Below are positions 8,706 to 18,199 of a DNA stretch of 64,000 bases, piece after piece; within the stretch, counting starts at the first letter, position 1; every line of letters begins with the position of its first letter. The stretch lies in the IMG/VR virus record IMGVR_UViG_3300045988_177049, positions 1 to 64,000 of that record. One strand, 5' to 3'. The position numbers and the translations under genes are program-made. This DNA is from a virus. A model generated the notes under the pieces. That model saw only the letters and a program-made list of their open reading frames with translations, ran no database searches and had not been told where the DNA came from.

Positions 8706-11348
8706 TCAGGCAACCTTCTCCTTGCGACGAGCAAGAACGGTTGCACCAGCGCCAGCACCAGCCAGAACCATCAAGGTACCAGCAGCGGCCAGACCAGCGG
8801 TGTTTGCACCAGCGGCCTCACCAGTGACAGCACCGCGAGGCGCGGGCTTGTTCACCTTTGCGTGCCAGTCATCGGAGTCCGAGACCTTCTTGCCGTTGTA
8901 GATCGACTTACCCTCAGCGGTAGCGGTATCGGAGTGCAGAGTGCCTTCCTCAACGCCGCTCAGGAAGCCGGTGCACGTCACAGACTGACCAACCTTCAGA
9001 GTGCCGATCTTGTCCCCAGCGACCGTAATGGTCTTAGAGGTCGTGCCGTTCGCCAGAGCAGCCTTTGACTGATCCGCCGTCTTGTCCTTCGACTCAGCCT
9101 TGTCAGCCTTGTCCTTGTTCGACTGATCTGCCTTAGCCTGATCAGCGGGGATCTCACAGGTGATGTCAGTGACGTTACCAGTGGTACCCTCGTGAGTCTT
9201 ATCGGTCAAGGTGACATCGACAAGATCAGCGTCGCCAGTGTTCTTCACGAGGAAGCCAATCTTGGTGACGTCCTTCGCAGACTTCAAGGTCAGAGCGTCA
9301 TCAGCGCTGTCACGATCGCCCTTTTCAAGACCCTCGTCGAGAGTGTACTTCTCAACGTCGATAGCGACCTTGGGGGTCAGAGTGAAGATCGGAGGCTCAT
9401 TGGTGGCCTTCATCTCGTTGTTCCAGGTCACATGACCCTTGTTGATGAGCTGCTTGGTCTCACCCTCGGTCTCGTAATCACGACGGAACTCACCGGAGAT
9501 GACGAGCTTAACTTCACCCGGCTCAGCCAGGCGGCCAGTCTTGGCGAGGAACTCAGGCTTAGCCTTCGCAGTGGTGACACCCTTTTCAAGATCATTAGTG
9601 ATCTCGAATTCCTTGGTCACGTCCTTACCCTGGAAGAAGACCTTCGGAGCACCGTCCATCTTGACGTAGGTCAGACCATCCGACCAGTCATCAACGATGG
9701 AGTACTCTTCCAGGTTGTACTGCAAGAACGGTGCAATGTGGTCGTTGACCACAGCAGAGACCTTATCGCCGGGCAGGAACGTCTTCTGATCCACGCCCTT
9801 CTGGTTGGTACGTTCGTGGTCAGCAGTCTGCCGAGCCTCAGCCTCATCAGCAGTCCACACCTTGTCGGGATCCGGGGTGACCTTGCCGGTCTCAGCGGAG
9901 TTACCCTTCAAGCAGTGATCGTGCGAGGAGGTGTAGCACGCCTGAGAATCATCGGGGATGCGGTAGTCAGCACCAGTGGCCTTCGTGTAGGTCGGAACAG
10001 ACAGGGTGTACGTACCCTGCTTCTCCATGTCCTTAACGGTGCCGGTGATCACAACCTTGCCCTCAGTGGAGCGGTCGATGGTGATATCAGCCTTAACGCG
10101 CTGACCATCGGGACCAAAGACCTGGACGCGATCAGCGTTATCAGCTTCCTTATCACCGATCGTGACATCAGCGGTGTTCACGGTATCGGTGATGGTCATC
10201 TCAGAGGAGTAACCGTTGGAGTGCGCGGTGATGTTCGCGTTGTAGAACATGTTCGCAGCCAGAACGTCCTGATCCTTGAGCTGAGAGCCGTTCTCGCCAT
10301 TCATCAAGTACTTGACGGGGTTCTTGGGGGTCACAGCCCAGGACTCAGCCTCTTCACGGTCGGCAGTGTCGATGGCCTCTTCCAAGTTACCCTGCTTGGC
10401 AACGTGGATATCGAACCAGAACTTCTTGCCCTCGCCGGTTGCGGGCCACGAAGACCAGCCGAAGTCAGCGGGAGTGAACTCAGGCGACTTGGTATCACCA
10501 TGGTTGGCGATCTGAGCCTGCTTGGTCACCGACTTGTTTCCCTCGGGACCTTCGTAGTTCAAAATGATATCGGCGTTCAGATTCTCATCCACACCCTTGT
10601 TATCCACGCGAGAGGCATGAATGATGTCGTAAACAGGATCGGTGCTACCGGCCTCGGTGACATGCGAGTCGTGGTTGGTCGTAATGTTCAGACGGTAGGT
10701 AGGCGGAACATCAAGAGTACGAGGCTCGTGGCTGTTCACCGCGACACAAACGGCTGATACAGAGTCTGCACCGTTATTGGAAGCCTTCTTGATACCCTCG
10801 TCACCCAACCATGCGGCCCATTCCTTGAACCCAGGCGCGTTCCTAGACTCTTCAAAAAAACCGCCATAGTCAATGTTATTACGCCAATAGTTCATCAGAT
10901 CGAAGAAGTGCTGCTGTCCACGAGCGGCCTCAACATTCGGATTCTCCTTGTAGAGTGCATACATAATGCCGACAACACGCGACTTAGGATTATTATCGCC
11001 ATTTGCGCGCGCACGATCACTTGCTTCATTCAATGCCTGGTCACATGCGGCCTGAACCTTCGCACCCATCTTGGTACCCTGGAGGTTCCTCTGACCCAAG
11101 AACCAATTGATCGAGTCCTGACCCCAACCTTGAGGTGATTCAGGACCATTAGGACCAACCTTGGGAGCATCGAAGAACTGGAACGTCGCGCTCAGACCAT
11201 CGACGGAGCCAGAGCTAAAACCGCCGCCGCCGACACCGCCGGTACCGCCTTCTGCAAAGGCAGCGCTGGCACCCAGCGATCCGGTAAACGCAAGCAATGC
11301 CGCAGTTGCGGCAATTCGATTGCGTGTCCGTGACTTTGCTGTCATCAT
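8706..11348 (-). CDS. Very large secreted surface protein with a C-terminal hydrophobic anchor (adhesin-like)
   Basis: Signal peptide MMTAKSRTRNRIAATAALLAFTGSLGASAAFA. 880 aa. C-terminal GAVTGEAAG..LMVLAGAGAGATVLARRKEKVA (hydrophobic segment plus basic tail; non-canonical sorting-signal-like). Confidence 0.55.
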   Translation of the reverse strand: MMTAKSRTRNRIAATAALLAFTGSLGASAAFAEGGTGGVGGGGFSSGSVDGLSATFQFFDAPKVGPNGPESPQGWGQDSINWFLGQRNLQGTKMGAKVQAACDQALNEASDRARANGDNNPKSRVVGIMYALYKENPNVEAARGQQHFFDLMNYWRNNIDYGGFFEESRNAPGFKEWAAWLGDEGIKKASNNGADSVSAVCVAVNSHEPRTLDVPPTYRLNITTNHDSHVTEAGSTDPVYDIIHASRVDNKGVDENLNADIILNYEGPEGNKSVTKQAQIANHGDTKSPEFTPADFGWSSWPATGEGKKFWFDIHVAKQGNLEEAIDTADREEAESWAVTPKNPVKYLMNGENGSQLKDQDVLAANMFYNANITAHSNGYSSEMTITDTVNTADVTIGDKEADNADRVQVFGPDGQRVKADITIDRSTEGKVVITGTVKDMEKQGTYTLSVPTYTKATGADYRIPDDSQACYTSSHDHCLKGNSAETGKVTPDPDKVWTADEAEARQTADHERTNQKGVDQKTFLPGDKVSAVVNDHIAPFLQYNLEEYSIVDDWSDGLTYVKMDGAPKVFFQGKDVTKEFEITNDLEKGVTTAKAKPEFLAKTGRLAEPGEVKLVISGEFRRDYETEGETKQLINKGHVTWNNEMKATNEPPIFTLTPKVAIDVEKYTLDEGLEKGDRDSADDALTLKSAKDVTKIGFLVKNTGDADLVDVTLTDKTHEGTTGNVTDITCEIPADQAKADQSNKDKADKAESKDKTADQSKAALANGTTSKTITVAGDKIGTLKVGQSVTCTGFLSGVEEGTLHSDTATAEGKSIYNGKKVSDSDDWHAKVNKPAPRGAVTGEAAGANTAGLAAAGTLMVLAGAGAGATVLARRKEKVA

Positions 11349-11703
11349 CTCGTCTCACTTTCTGTTAATAAAAGCCATACTCATCAGCGGGCTACGCCCA
11401 CTTCCTCTCGCGATGAGTCCTTACGATTCAACGGTTGACTACCGATCCAGGCGATGGTAGTTGCGTCCTCTGAGAGGGAGAAGACCACTAAGAACAATAG
11501 TAGCACACATACACGGATGTATGCGACGAATATATTCAATAACCAAGCAATCTCTTCATATGTGCCCGTCTATATGAGACAAGCCACATGTTACAAATAG
11601 TTTTCGTTTCTGACGCTGCACGCAGCGTCGATAAAGAAAATGAACACCCTCCCCTGGTGCTCGACCCTACTCCACTCCTTATATATAGAGAAAGAAATTC
11701 GCC

Positions 11704-11820
11704 ATGTTCATCGACTGCACTGAATGCGGAAAGCACGTTTTTGCTCACGTCTCTGATAAGACCCTCGCCTGCATGGACCTCACCGAAGCCGTGTATTGCG
11801 ATGAATGCATGGAGGACTGA
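11704..11820 (+). CDS. Small zinc-ribbon protein (38 aa)
   Basis: MFIDCTECGKHVFAHVSDKTLACMDLTEAVYCDECMED with CxxC...CxxC. Its stop overlaps the start of the next gene (ATGA). Too short for the ORF track. Confidence 0.4.
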   Translation: MFIDCTECGKHVFAHVSDKTLACMDLTEAVYCDECMED

Positions 11821-12152
11821 TGTCGTATCAACCAATTAACTCGTTTGGTCTCCTCATGCACGCCGCACCGCTCTTGTGTGCCACCGCTTTTCTGTTCTTT
11901 TTATTTGGTATTGGTCTAGCCTCATTTGTATTTAGTGACTATGCCGAGCAAAAGATCAAGGCCGAAAAAGAACGCAACCAACTTTACATCACAGCATTGC
12001 AAACCCGTATTGCCGAGCTAGAAAACAACCCGACAAAAATCGAGGTTACTATGCCGAGCGATACCACATGTCAAACTTCTCGCTCATTCACAAGTGGTGC
12101 TATTGGGGCTATCACGGCTTTAATACTCTTTGCTCAAAAGCGACGCAAGTAA
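11820..12152 (+). CDS. Small membrane protein with coiled-coil segment
   Basis: N-terminal TM (LLCATAFLFFLFGIGLASFVF). Coiled-coil KIKAEKERNQLYITALQTRIAELENN. C-terminal TM plus KRRK. Translationally coupled to the upstream zinc-ribbon ORF. Confidence 0.4.
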   Translation: MSYQPINSFGLLMHAAPLLCATAFLFFLFGIGLASFVFSDYAEQKIKAEKERNQLYITALQTRIAELENNPTKIEVTMPSDTTCQTSRSFTSGAIGAITALILFAQKRRK

Positions 12153-12194
12153 CCAACATCTCATCATTTCGTACACAAACAAAAAGGATCAATC

Positions 12195-12545
12195 ATGCGC
12201 GCTAAAAAGATTCAAACCACATTTGGACGCAAAATCTTCGAAAAAGGTTTCATTCCTAAGCATGGTCATCTCAACTCATTCTGGGAAGGTAGCAAACCGC
12301 TCTTGGAAATCGTTGACATTGATCTCGATGAACTACCCGAAGGTACCATTCTTCGAGTCAACCGCAAGGTACGTGACCAAAACCCGCTGTACTTCCGCAG
12401 GGAAACAGGTACTACTCGCGAACCATGGATACGACTTCGCAAGGAAGGCGAAACACCCCTCGACGATCACGTTGCTGTTCCCAGCACGTGGCTTGGCTTC
12501 GAACACGCCACCCAACTGATGATTATCTACATCCCCGAAAATTAA
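12195..12545 (+). CDS. Hypothetical protein
   Basis: 116-aa ORF in an AT-rich block. Plausible RBS aaaaaggatcaatc. Confidence 0.4.
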   Translation: MRAKKIQTTFGRKIFEKGFIPKHGHLNSFWEGSKPLLEIVDIDLDELPEGTILRVNRKVRDQNPLYFRRETGTTREPWIRLRKEGETPLDDHVAVPSTWLGFEHATQLMIIYIPEN

Positions 12546-12557
12546 GGAAAGTTATTA

Positions 12558-12748
12558 TGCCTACTGCACATGACCTACACACCCTGACCTGGATCTTCGT
12601 ATCTGGAGGCATCGGTTTCTTCACCGGAATCGCTGTCACGCTCTCCTACGAAGACCTGCTCGACAAGAAGCGCCGTAAGACGATCAAGAAGCTCAAGGCT
12701 CGGCTCGCCGAGGCTCAGGCTCAGAATAAGTCTGCTCAGACCAAGTAA
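12558..12748 (+). CDS. Small single-pass membrane protein (holin-like topology)
   Basis: 63 aa. TM WIFVSGGIGFFTGIAVTL followed by a highly charged tail KKRRKTIKKLKARLAEAQAQNK. A holin function is speculative. Confidence 0.35.
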
Positions 12749-12754
12749 ACCCGC

Positions 12755-12806
12755 ACCAACCCCTCCAGCGCATAGAACCCCTGTGCGTTGGAGGGGTTGG
12801 TTTATC
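12755..12806 (+). terminator. Intrinsic terminator hairpin
   Basis: accaacccctccagcgca ... tgcgttggaggggttggt followed by ttatct. Confidence 0.55.
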
Positions 12807-12830
12807 TACGTATCAACCAAAGGACTAATC

Positions 12831-13463
12831 ATGCAACTTTCGCACATGAGCGATCGTCCTGTCGATCTCAAGACTCAGATGCAAGACCTGACGCGAAACA
12901 CGACCGACATACTCCTGTTAGAAATTCCGATGATCGATAATAGCAACGAACCTTACTTCGACGTCAAACGTATCACCGATATGGATTGGGATGACGCCAC
13001 ACACGAAGTACATACAGAGTTCGTTCCAAGACATAGGCTACGTGGCCTCGATCGTACGCTCCTGACTATCCTCGTCAAGAACGATATCAAAGGGGACCTG
13101 GACACGCCGAGCAGATCAACACTGCTGTCGGTATCTGTACTCCTGGCTCATTACCACACCGAGTACCACACTCGATACATTCCGTTGGGATGGAACTTCG
13201 ATGTCATCGAAACGATCAACGGCAAGTATGCATGTGATCAACGCGAGTACCACCTCACAGGTGGCGTGGCTCTCGCTACGCTACGCTGCCTTGCCATCCA
13301 GCTCGGTGTCCAGCTCGCTATCGAGAGCAACCCACTCATCAATACCGACGTCATGGACAATTACCGCATCGACGGTATGCCAGAACACGCCGAAACGGAA
13401 TTCTTGCGCTACGGCACAGACCATCTCATGAAGCTAGTCAAGGACACTCAGCCCAGCAACTAG
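12831..13463 (+). CDS. Hypothetical protein
   Basis: 210-aa ORF. No recognisable motif. Confidence 0.4.
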   Translation: MQLSHMSDRPVDLKTQMQDLTRNTTDILLLEIPMIDNSNEPYFDVKRITDMDWDDATHEVHTEFVPRHRLRGLDRTLLTILVKNDIKGDLDTPSRSTLLSVSVLLAHYHTEYHTRYIPLGWNFDVIETINGKYACDQREYHLTGGVALATLRCLAIQLGVQLAIESNPLINTDVMDNYRIDGMPEHAETEFLRYGTDHLMKLVKDTQPSN

Positions 13464-13520
13464 CCCCATCGATCACCCCTTTGCCCAGCGCTCATGCCTG
13501 GGTGAGGGTGTGTTGTTACA

Positions 13521-13597
13521 GAGCGTCTTTCGACGCCCCGATTACCAAACCGATAGAACAATTCTCTATCCCTGTCTTAACAGAAAGAAGAACCACT
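13521..13597 (+). promoter_or_regulatory. Conserved upstream promoter/operator motif, copy 1
   Basis: GCGTCtttcGACGC dyad plus CCCGAT plus GATAGAacaattcTCTATC dyad, ending about 35 nt before the ATG at 13598. Near-identical copies lie at 14669-14750 and 16231-16302. Confidence 0.5.
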
Positions 13598-14098
13598 ATG
13601 GGAGACCGCTCCTCATTCCTCATCATCACAGACCGCCAAGAACTACCTGAGTGCCCTAGCTTCGATCTCGTCACCGGATTGTCCATGTACTCCCACTGGG
13701 GAGGTACTGTGGCAATCCTCGACGCTTTGACCACCTGTCGCGACGTGGGTTTGAACCGCGTGGATGACCCATCCTACTTCACCCGTATCCTCGCCCGTGC
13801 TTTCACGCGCGGAGACGACGGGGAACTCGGATCAGGGCTAACGCCCTTCTCCTTCCTTATGGAGCATGGCAAGCCATTGCTTGATGCGAAGCTGGAGATC
13901 CACAGCGAGATCTACTCGCACGAACAGCCCTATGTTCCTATCATTGACCTCACCGACCGCATCAGCCCCAGGTGCCCCACGCTCTACGTGGTGCCTTCCG
14001 ACTTCACCTACCGTGATATCTCGAAGCGCGACGTGGTGTACCCACTCGATAAGGACGGCCTGGACAAGGTCATTTCGCGCCTGAGCGTCATGGGCTGA
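13598..14098 (+). CDS. Hypothetical protein
   Basis: 166-aa ORF starting after conserved motif copy 1. Confidence 0.45.
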   Translation: MGDRSSFLIITDRQELPECPSFDLVTGLSMYSHWGGTVAILDALTTCRDVGLNRVDDPSYFTRILARAFTRGDDGELGSGLTPFSFLMEHGKPLLDAKLEIHSEIYSHEQPYVPIIDLTDRISPRCPTLYVVPSDFTYRDISKRDVVYPLDKDGLDKVISRLSVMG

Positions 14099-14122
14099 AA
14101 CATCGTCCGACCAACCCCATAT

Positions 14123-14160
14123 GCAACCCCCGTGACACCCTATTCACGGGGGTTGCTTCA
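14123..14160 (+). terminator. Stem-loop terminator
   Basis: gcaacccccgtga ... tcacgggggttgc. Confidence 0.5.
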
Positions 14161-14187
14161 CATCTCTATATAAAGGAGGCCCACACC

Positions 14188-14604
14188 ATGGGACTTGACA
14201 TGTTCCTCGACTACCGGCACATCGCAGATAGTATCCCCGGAAAGCCCGCGTTGAATGGACACATGTACTGGCGCAAGGCCAACGCGATCCACAAGTTCTT
14301 TGTCGATACATGCGCAGATGGCGTTGACTAGTGCCAACCAATTCAGGTCTCGATCGATGCTCTAAAAGATCTCGTCTGGCGCTGTGAGACTATTCTCATC
14401 AGTGGGCCAAATGCCGATGGGCAAAGCATCGACAAGAACATTGCCCACGATCTTCTGCCGACGTGCGACGGATTCTTCTTCGGTAGCACTGACTACGACG
14501 AGCGGTACATTGAGGATCTCAAAAAGACCGTCAAGGCCTTGAAACCCATCGTTGATCACCCGGAGCTGTACACTGATCCGATCATCTACCAGGCATCCTG
14601 GTGA
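14188..14604 (+). pseudogene. ORF of 138 codons interrupted by a single in-frame TAG (codon 48): pseudogene, sequencing error or stop-codon readthrough
   Basis: ATG at 14188 with RBS aaaggagg. TAG at 14329-14331. The same frame continues to TGA at 14602-14604 with coding-like sequence (CQPIQVSIDALKDLVWRCETILISGPNADGQ...) and no ATG or GTG start downstream of the TAG. Confidence 0.4.
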
Positions 14605-14668
14605 TATGCCACCAACCCCACGCACCCCTTTACTGAGCACTCGCTTAGCAAAGGGGTGTATTTTCTCA

Positions 14669-14750
14669 GGCCGTCTTTCGACGTCCCGATAACGGAATTG
14701 ATAGAACAATTCTCTATCCCTATCCCCTCTCTTATTCAGAAGGAACCATT
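14669..14750 (+). promoter_or_regulatory. Conserved upstream promoter/operator motif, copy 2
   Basis: CGTCtttcGACGtCCCGAT ... GATAGAacaattcTCTATCCCT, ending about 35 nt before the ATG at 14751. Confidence 0.5.
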
Positions 14751-15167
14751 ATGGAATACTCATCCGCAGACTTCCAAGGCAAGCACACGCCCATTCTCAA
14801 AGAGATCGACGAAGCAGCCTACGCGATCATCAATGATCGACCCGAGGGCATCATCCCGATGGCTGGCGGTCGCTTCACCATCGTCCGTCACGACTACATG
14901 GTCGATGATGAACTGATCTGTGAGTACCGCGTGTACTCGTACCGAACCCTCGTCGCGTTCGTGACGTTCCACCCCTACTCGGTGCGCATTCCCACGATCC
15001 GAGTATGCAAAGACGCGTTCGACCACTCGCGCACGACGACTAAGCACCTCAGTCGTCTCATCACGGCGCTGCTTGCACCGTTTGACCTCAAGCCCGACTG
15101 TGACCTGCACAAATGGTGCTCTAACTCCATGTGGTCGGTCACGAGCATCCCTGTCGCATCCATCTGA
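14751..15167 (+). CDS. Hypothetical protein
   Basis: 138-aa ORF after motif copy 2. Confidence 0.45.
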   Translation: MEYSSADFQGKHTPILKEIDEAAYAIINDRPEGIIPMAGGRFTIVRHDYMVDDELICEYRVYSYRTLVAFVTFHPYSVRIPTIRVCKDAFDHSRTTTKHLSRLITALLAPFDLKPDCDLHKWCSNSMWSVTSIPVASI

Positions 15168-15185
15168 AACGCAAAGGACACTGCC

Positions 15186-15743
15186 ATGCTCAAGCCATGG
15201 AACATGGACTGGACCTCATGCCTTGTGCGTACTCACCCAGAGGGCGAACAGGGCTTGGATCACATGCTGCTGGGGCACCGCATTGAGGTCATTAACGAAG
15301 GGTTCTTCTACCCTCAAGCTCGCGCCATTGTCGGTCGCAACGATCCAGACCGGATCAACAGCATCGTCAAAGACTTGCGGCTCAAAGCACGCACCATCGC
15401 CACGCGAGAAATGCGCGACGGTACTCCGTGTGAGATGCCGATCATGACATGGGAACACCTGAGCAATCTTGCGCGAGACACGCTCAGCACATACCCGAGC
15501 AAGCATGAAATCGAATTGTTGCTCAATCAATGCCGAGCAACGCTCGATCGTATTCAACAAGGTCACGGCGGAAGACTACACAAGGACTGGAGATTTACCC
15601 TCACGGATGACACCAAAGAGCAAGAAATCTGCTACACCATCTGGGAACTCGAACGGGTGCTCAAAGAATGGGGTCCAAGTGATGCGAAACCGCTACACTT
15701 CTACTCTCGTCAAACCCGCCGTTTCCAAGCCTACGAACTCTAA
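15186..15743 (+). CDS. Hypothetical protein
   Basis: 185-aa ORF, tightly spaced after the previous gene. Confidence 0.45.
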   Translation: MLKPWNMDWTSCLVRTHPEGEQGLDHMLLGHRIEVINEGFFYPQARAIVGRNDPDRINSIVKDLRLKARTIATREMRDGTPCEMPIMTWEHLSNLARDTLSTYPSKHEIELLLNQCRATLDRIQQGHGGRLHKDWRFTLTDDTKEQEICYTIWELERVLKEWGPSDAKPLHFYSRQTRRFQAYEL

Positions 15744-15788
15744 CAAACCCTCTCACCAACACCCCACTCTCACAGAAAAGAGACCATC

Positions 15789-16049
15789 ATGCCTCGTCGC
15801 AACAAGCGCTCCCAGATGCATAACCTCGACGACTCTTTCGCTCTGGCGACCATGGACATCATGATCGGCGACGCCTGCCCGTGCGGTCCCGGAGGCCGCG
15901 ACTGCCCGTGTTGCGGTGACGCGCCCGGCAAAGACCGTGTCGTGGCTCGCCGCATGAACAAGCGCCGCAAGCGCCAGGAGTTCCGTCGCTCGCTCCAGGG
16001 GTACTACCGCAGTGCGCGTGAGTACTACGAGTACGAGTACGCTGGATAA
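15789..16049 (+). CDS. Small Cys-rich basic protein (putative metal-binding, SEC-C-like CPCGPG..CPCCG)
   Basis: 86 aa. DACPCGPGGRDCPCCGDAPGK cluster. Arg/Lys-rich C-terminus. Confidence 0.4.
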   Translation: MPRRNKRSQMHNLDDSFALATMDIMIGDACPCGPGGRDCPCCGDAPGKDRVVARRMNKRRKRQEFRRSLQGYYRSAREYYEYEYAG

Positions 16050-16230
16050 GCGGGTGCTAAAGCGCCCCGGTTGCAGTACTGGTACAGCCTCACTGCCTTG
16101 GCTGTACTATCTCCTGTTGCTGGCAGACAATAACTGAATATGATAGACACAGTTCACAAACAAGCCCCGCTCATGCTGTTGCATGGGCGGGGTTTTCTTT
16201 TCCTACAACAATGATCTTTTTCTCTCAGCA

Positions 16231-16302
16231 ACAGAGCGTCTATCGACGCTCCGATCTTAGAATTGATCAATATCTTCTTCTCATACCAAACGGAGAAAAA
16301 CC
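16231..16302 (+). promoter_or_regulatory. Conserved upstream promoter/operator motif, copy 3 (diverged 3' half)
   Basis: GCGTCtatcGACGCtCCGAT followed by cttagaATTGATCAATatc, about 35 nt before the ATG at 16303. Confidence 0.4.
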
Positions 16303-16464
16303 ATGCGTACTCTGACTCGTTACTTCGACAAGCTCGCTGAATGGATTGACACTGACTCACTCGCTACCTCAATGCTCAGGCTATACGCCGTCAGCTTCGT
16401 TCTCCTCATCCCCATTACAGCTGTAGTTGCCCCTATCCACTACGCTGTCACGCACCTTTTCTGA
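16303..16464 (+). CDS. Small hydrophobic protein (53 aa)
   Basis: MRTLTRYFDKLAEWIDTDSLATSMLRLYAVSFVLLIPITAVVAPIHYAVTHLF. RBS cggagaaaaacc. Followed by a strong terminator. Too short for the ORF track. Confidence 0.35.
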   Translation: MRTLTRYFDKLAEWIDTDSLATSMLRLYAVSFVLLIPITAVVAPIHYAVTHLF

Positions 16465-16472
16465 TCCCACAC

Positions 16473-16531
16473 AAAAGCCCCTGCGGGTTGGTACTGCACA
16501 AGCAGTGCTACCCCGCAGGGGCTTCTTTTTT
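16473..16531. terminator. Bidirectional intrinsic terminator
   Basis: aaaagcccctgcggg ... cccgcaggggcttctttttt with a nested gtactgc/gcagtgc hairpin. It sits between convergent genes. Confidence 0.65.
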
Positions 16532-16577
16532 CACTCAACCACTCGCTTGTCTAGCTCGTGGTTAAGCAATCAGGCGA

Positions 16578-18044
16578 TCACCACAGCCACACGGTGATAA
16601 CCCACTTACGGAAGCCCTGCCAAATGGTAGTAACCCAGTGATAACGCGAGTAGACAATCGTGGTCACTTTCCGATCGGCGCTGGGCTTCTTCGGCTGAAG
16701 CTTGACAGGCTGAGCAGACTTTGCGGACTGCTCAGACTGGGCGCTCTGGTTTGCCGACTGAGAGGGAGACGGCTGCACAGGGGTAGGGGTAGGCGTTGGC
16801 TGAGTCGGCGCTGGCTTGGGCTGCACAGGGGTAGGAGTTGTAGTCGGAGCCGGGGCCGGTTTTTCTGTCTGCACAGGCGCAGGAGTGACGCTCGGCTCAG
16901 GTTGCGTGAGAGTCGGAGTCGGAGTCGGCGCAGGTGTGACAGACGGTGCCGGAGTCGGCTGGGCAGGCTCAGCAGGCTTGTCAGCCTCAGTCTTCGGCTC
17001 ATACACTCGCACATAGTCAACATACATAGTCGCGCCCGCGCCGTCAGCACTCTTGTAATCATCGGCGTACTTGGTCGCATCGACAAAGGTCTTATCAGAC
17101 CAGTTGCTCTGCTTCGCCAAGTAGCTTCCGCCCACCATTTGGTTGAGCATCAACACCAGGTTATTGTCCTTGTCAAGGAACGGGTTGTCACCCTTAATAT
17201 CGCCCATCTTCACGGTGTGCGTCAGCGTGCCGTCGAAGTAAAACTCGATCGCATTAGCAGTCTTGCGCACGCCGTAGGTATGGAACTCACTTTGCGAAGA
17301 CGCAGTGTCACCCTTCATCATGCCCTGGTGCTGGGTGGTCTTCTTCGGGTCCCCGATCCGAGGCGTGTGCACGTTGCTCATCAGGTGGGTCGGGTCATAA
17401 CCCTTGGACTCAAACACATCGATCTCGCCATTAGCGGGATATGCACCCTTGGTGCCGGTACCCCAAAACGCCGACCACGACGGACGTGCACTCGGCAGCT
17501 TGATACGCGCCTCGGCATAAAAACCTGTGCCCGGCGCGGCATACAGCACCTTGCCGTCCTTGGTTTTCGTCGTGATCATACCGGACGTGAACGGCGCATC
17601 GTAAGTCACACTGCCATGCTTGCACGTACGTGGAATCTGAGTACCGTCCCACTTCGTCTTCGTCGGCGAGTACCTAGCAGTCAGGTTCAAATACCCATCT
17701 CGCACGGAGACGTTATCTGGGCTGTCAGTGTACTGAGCTTGCGACCGTTGAGCCGGATCGAAACAACCGTACTGATAGCCCCACTTGGTCGTATCGAGCT
17801 TTGTACCGTCGAACTCATCATGGAACGTCATCTTATAGTCACGTGCAACAGCAGTGGGTAACCCGGCAGTGCTAGTGCTAGTTGTGTTCTCTGCACTGGC
17901 AGGCGCACCTGCATTTGATGCCGCACCTACAGGCGCGGCAGTTGCAGCAGAAGTCGGTAGTACCGCAACAGATGCACCCATCGCTACAGTCATCACTGCC
18001 ATAAGTGGCAAACTCAGCTTGCTGTGTTGACGAGGGATCCTCAT
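16578..18044 (-). CDS. Secreted glycoside hydrolase family 16 (beta-glucanase/laminarinase-like) with a Pro/Thr-rich C-terminal region
   Basis: Signal peptide. GH16 catalytic motif GEIDVFES (ExDxxE). DGYLNL. PT/PA-rich linker and aromatic hydrophobic C-terminus. The ATG at 18044 is preferred over the GTG at 18053. Confidence 0.7.
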   Translation of the reverse strand: MRIPRQHSKLSLPLMAVMTVAMGASVAVLPTSAATAAPVGAASNAGAPASAENTTSTSTAGLPTAVARDYKMTFHDEFDGTKLDTTKWGYQYGCFDPAQRSQAQYTDSPDNVSVRDGYLNLTARYSPTKTKWDGTQIPRTCKHGSVTYDAPFTSGMITTKTKDGKVLYAAPGTGFYAEARIKLPSARPSWSAFWGTGTKGAYPANGEIDVFESKGYDPTHLMSNVHTPRIGDPKKTTQHQGMMKGDTASSQSEFHTYGVRKTANAIEFYFDGTLTHTVKMGDIKGDNPFLDKDNNLVLMLNQMVGGSYLAKQSNWSDKTFVDATKYADDYKSADGAGATMYVDYVRVYEPKTEADKPAEPAQPTPAPSVTPAPTPTPTLTQPEPSVTPAPVQTEKPAPAPTTTPTPVQPKPAPTQPTPTPTPVQPSPSQSANQSAQSEQSAKSAQPVKLQPKKPSADRKVTTIVYSRYHWVTTIWQGFRKWVITVWLW

Positions 18045-18199
18045 AGGGACCACACCTCTCTTTCTAATCTTTCGGTTATGTCATTGATCATGATCAATGG
18101 CCTCTACGTACAGTACATACAGGCTCGTTGAATTATAACGTACTGCGCAGCCCAGCCGAAGAACAAGAAGCTGCCAAAGAGCGGACGCTCTACCTTGAT

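Noticed and set aside
9192-10757. 521-aa plus-strand ORF inside the large surface-protein gene
   Set aside because: It is antisense to a well-supported 880-aa secreted protein. It is Leu/Val/Gly-rich, as expected for an antisense frame.
14329-14331. Genetic-code reassignment of TAG across the element
   Set aside because: TAG terminates other well-supported genes here (the helicase exon 2 and the LAGLIDADG ORF). Only one in-frame TAG was seen.
16638-17861. 407-aa plus-strand ORF opposite the GH16 gene
   Set aside because: It is antisense to the ExDxxE-containing glycoside hydrolase. It is Arg/Leu-rich nonsense.
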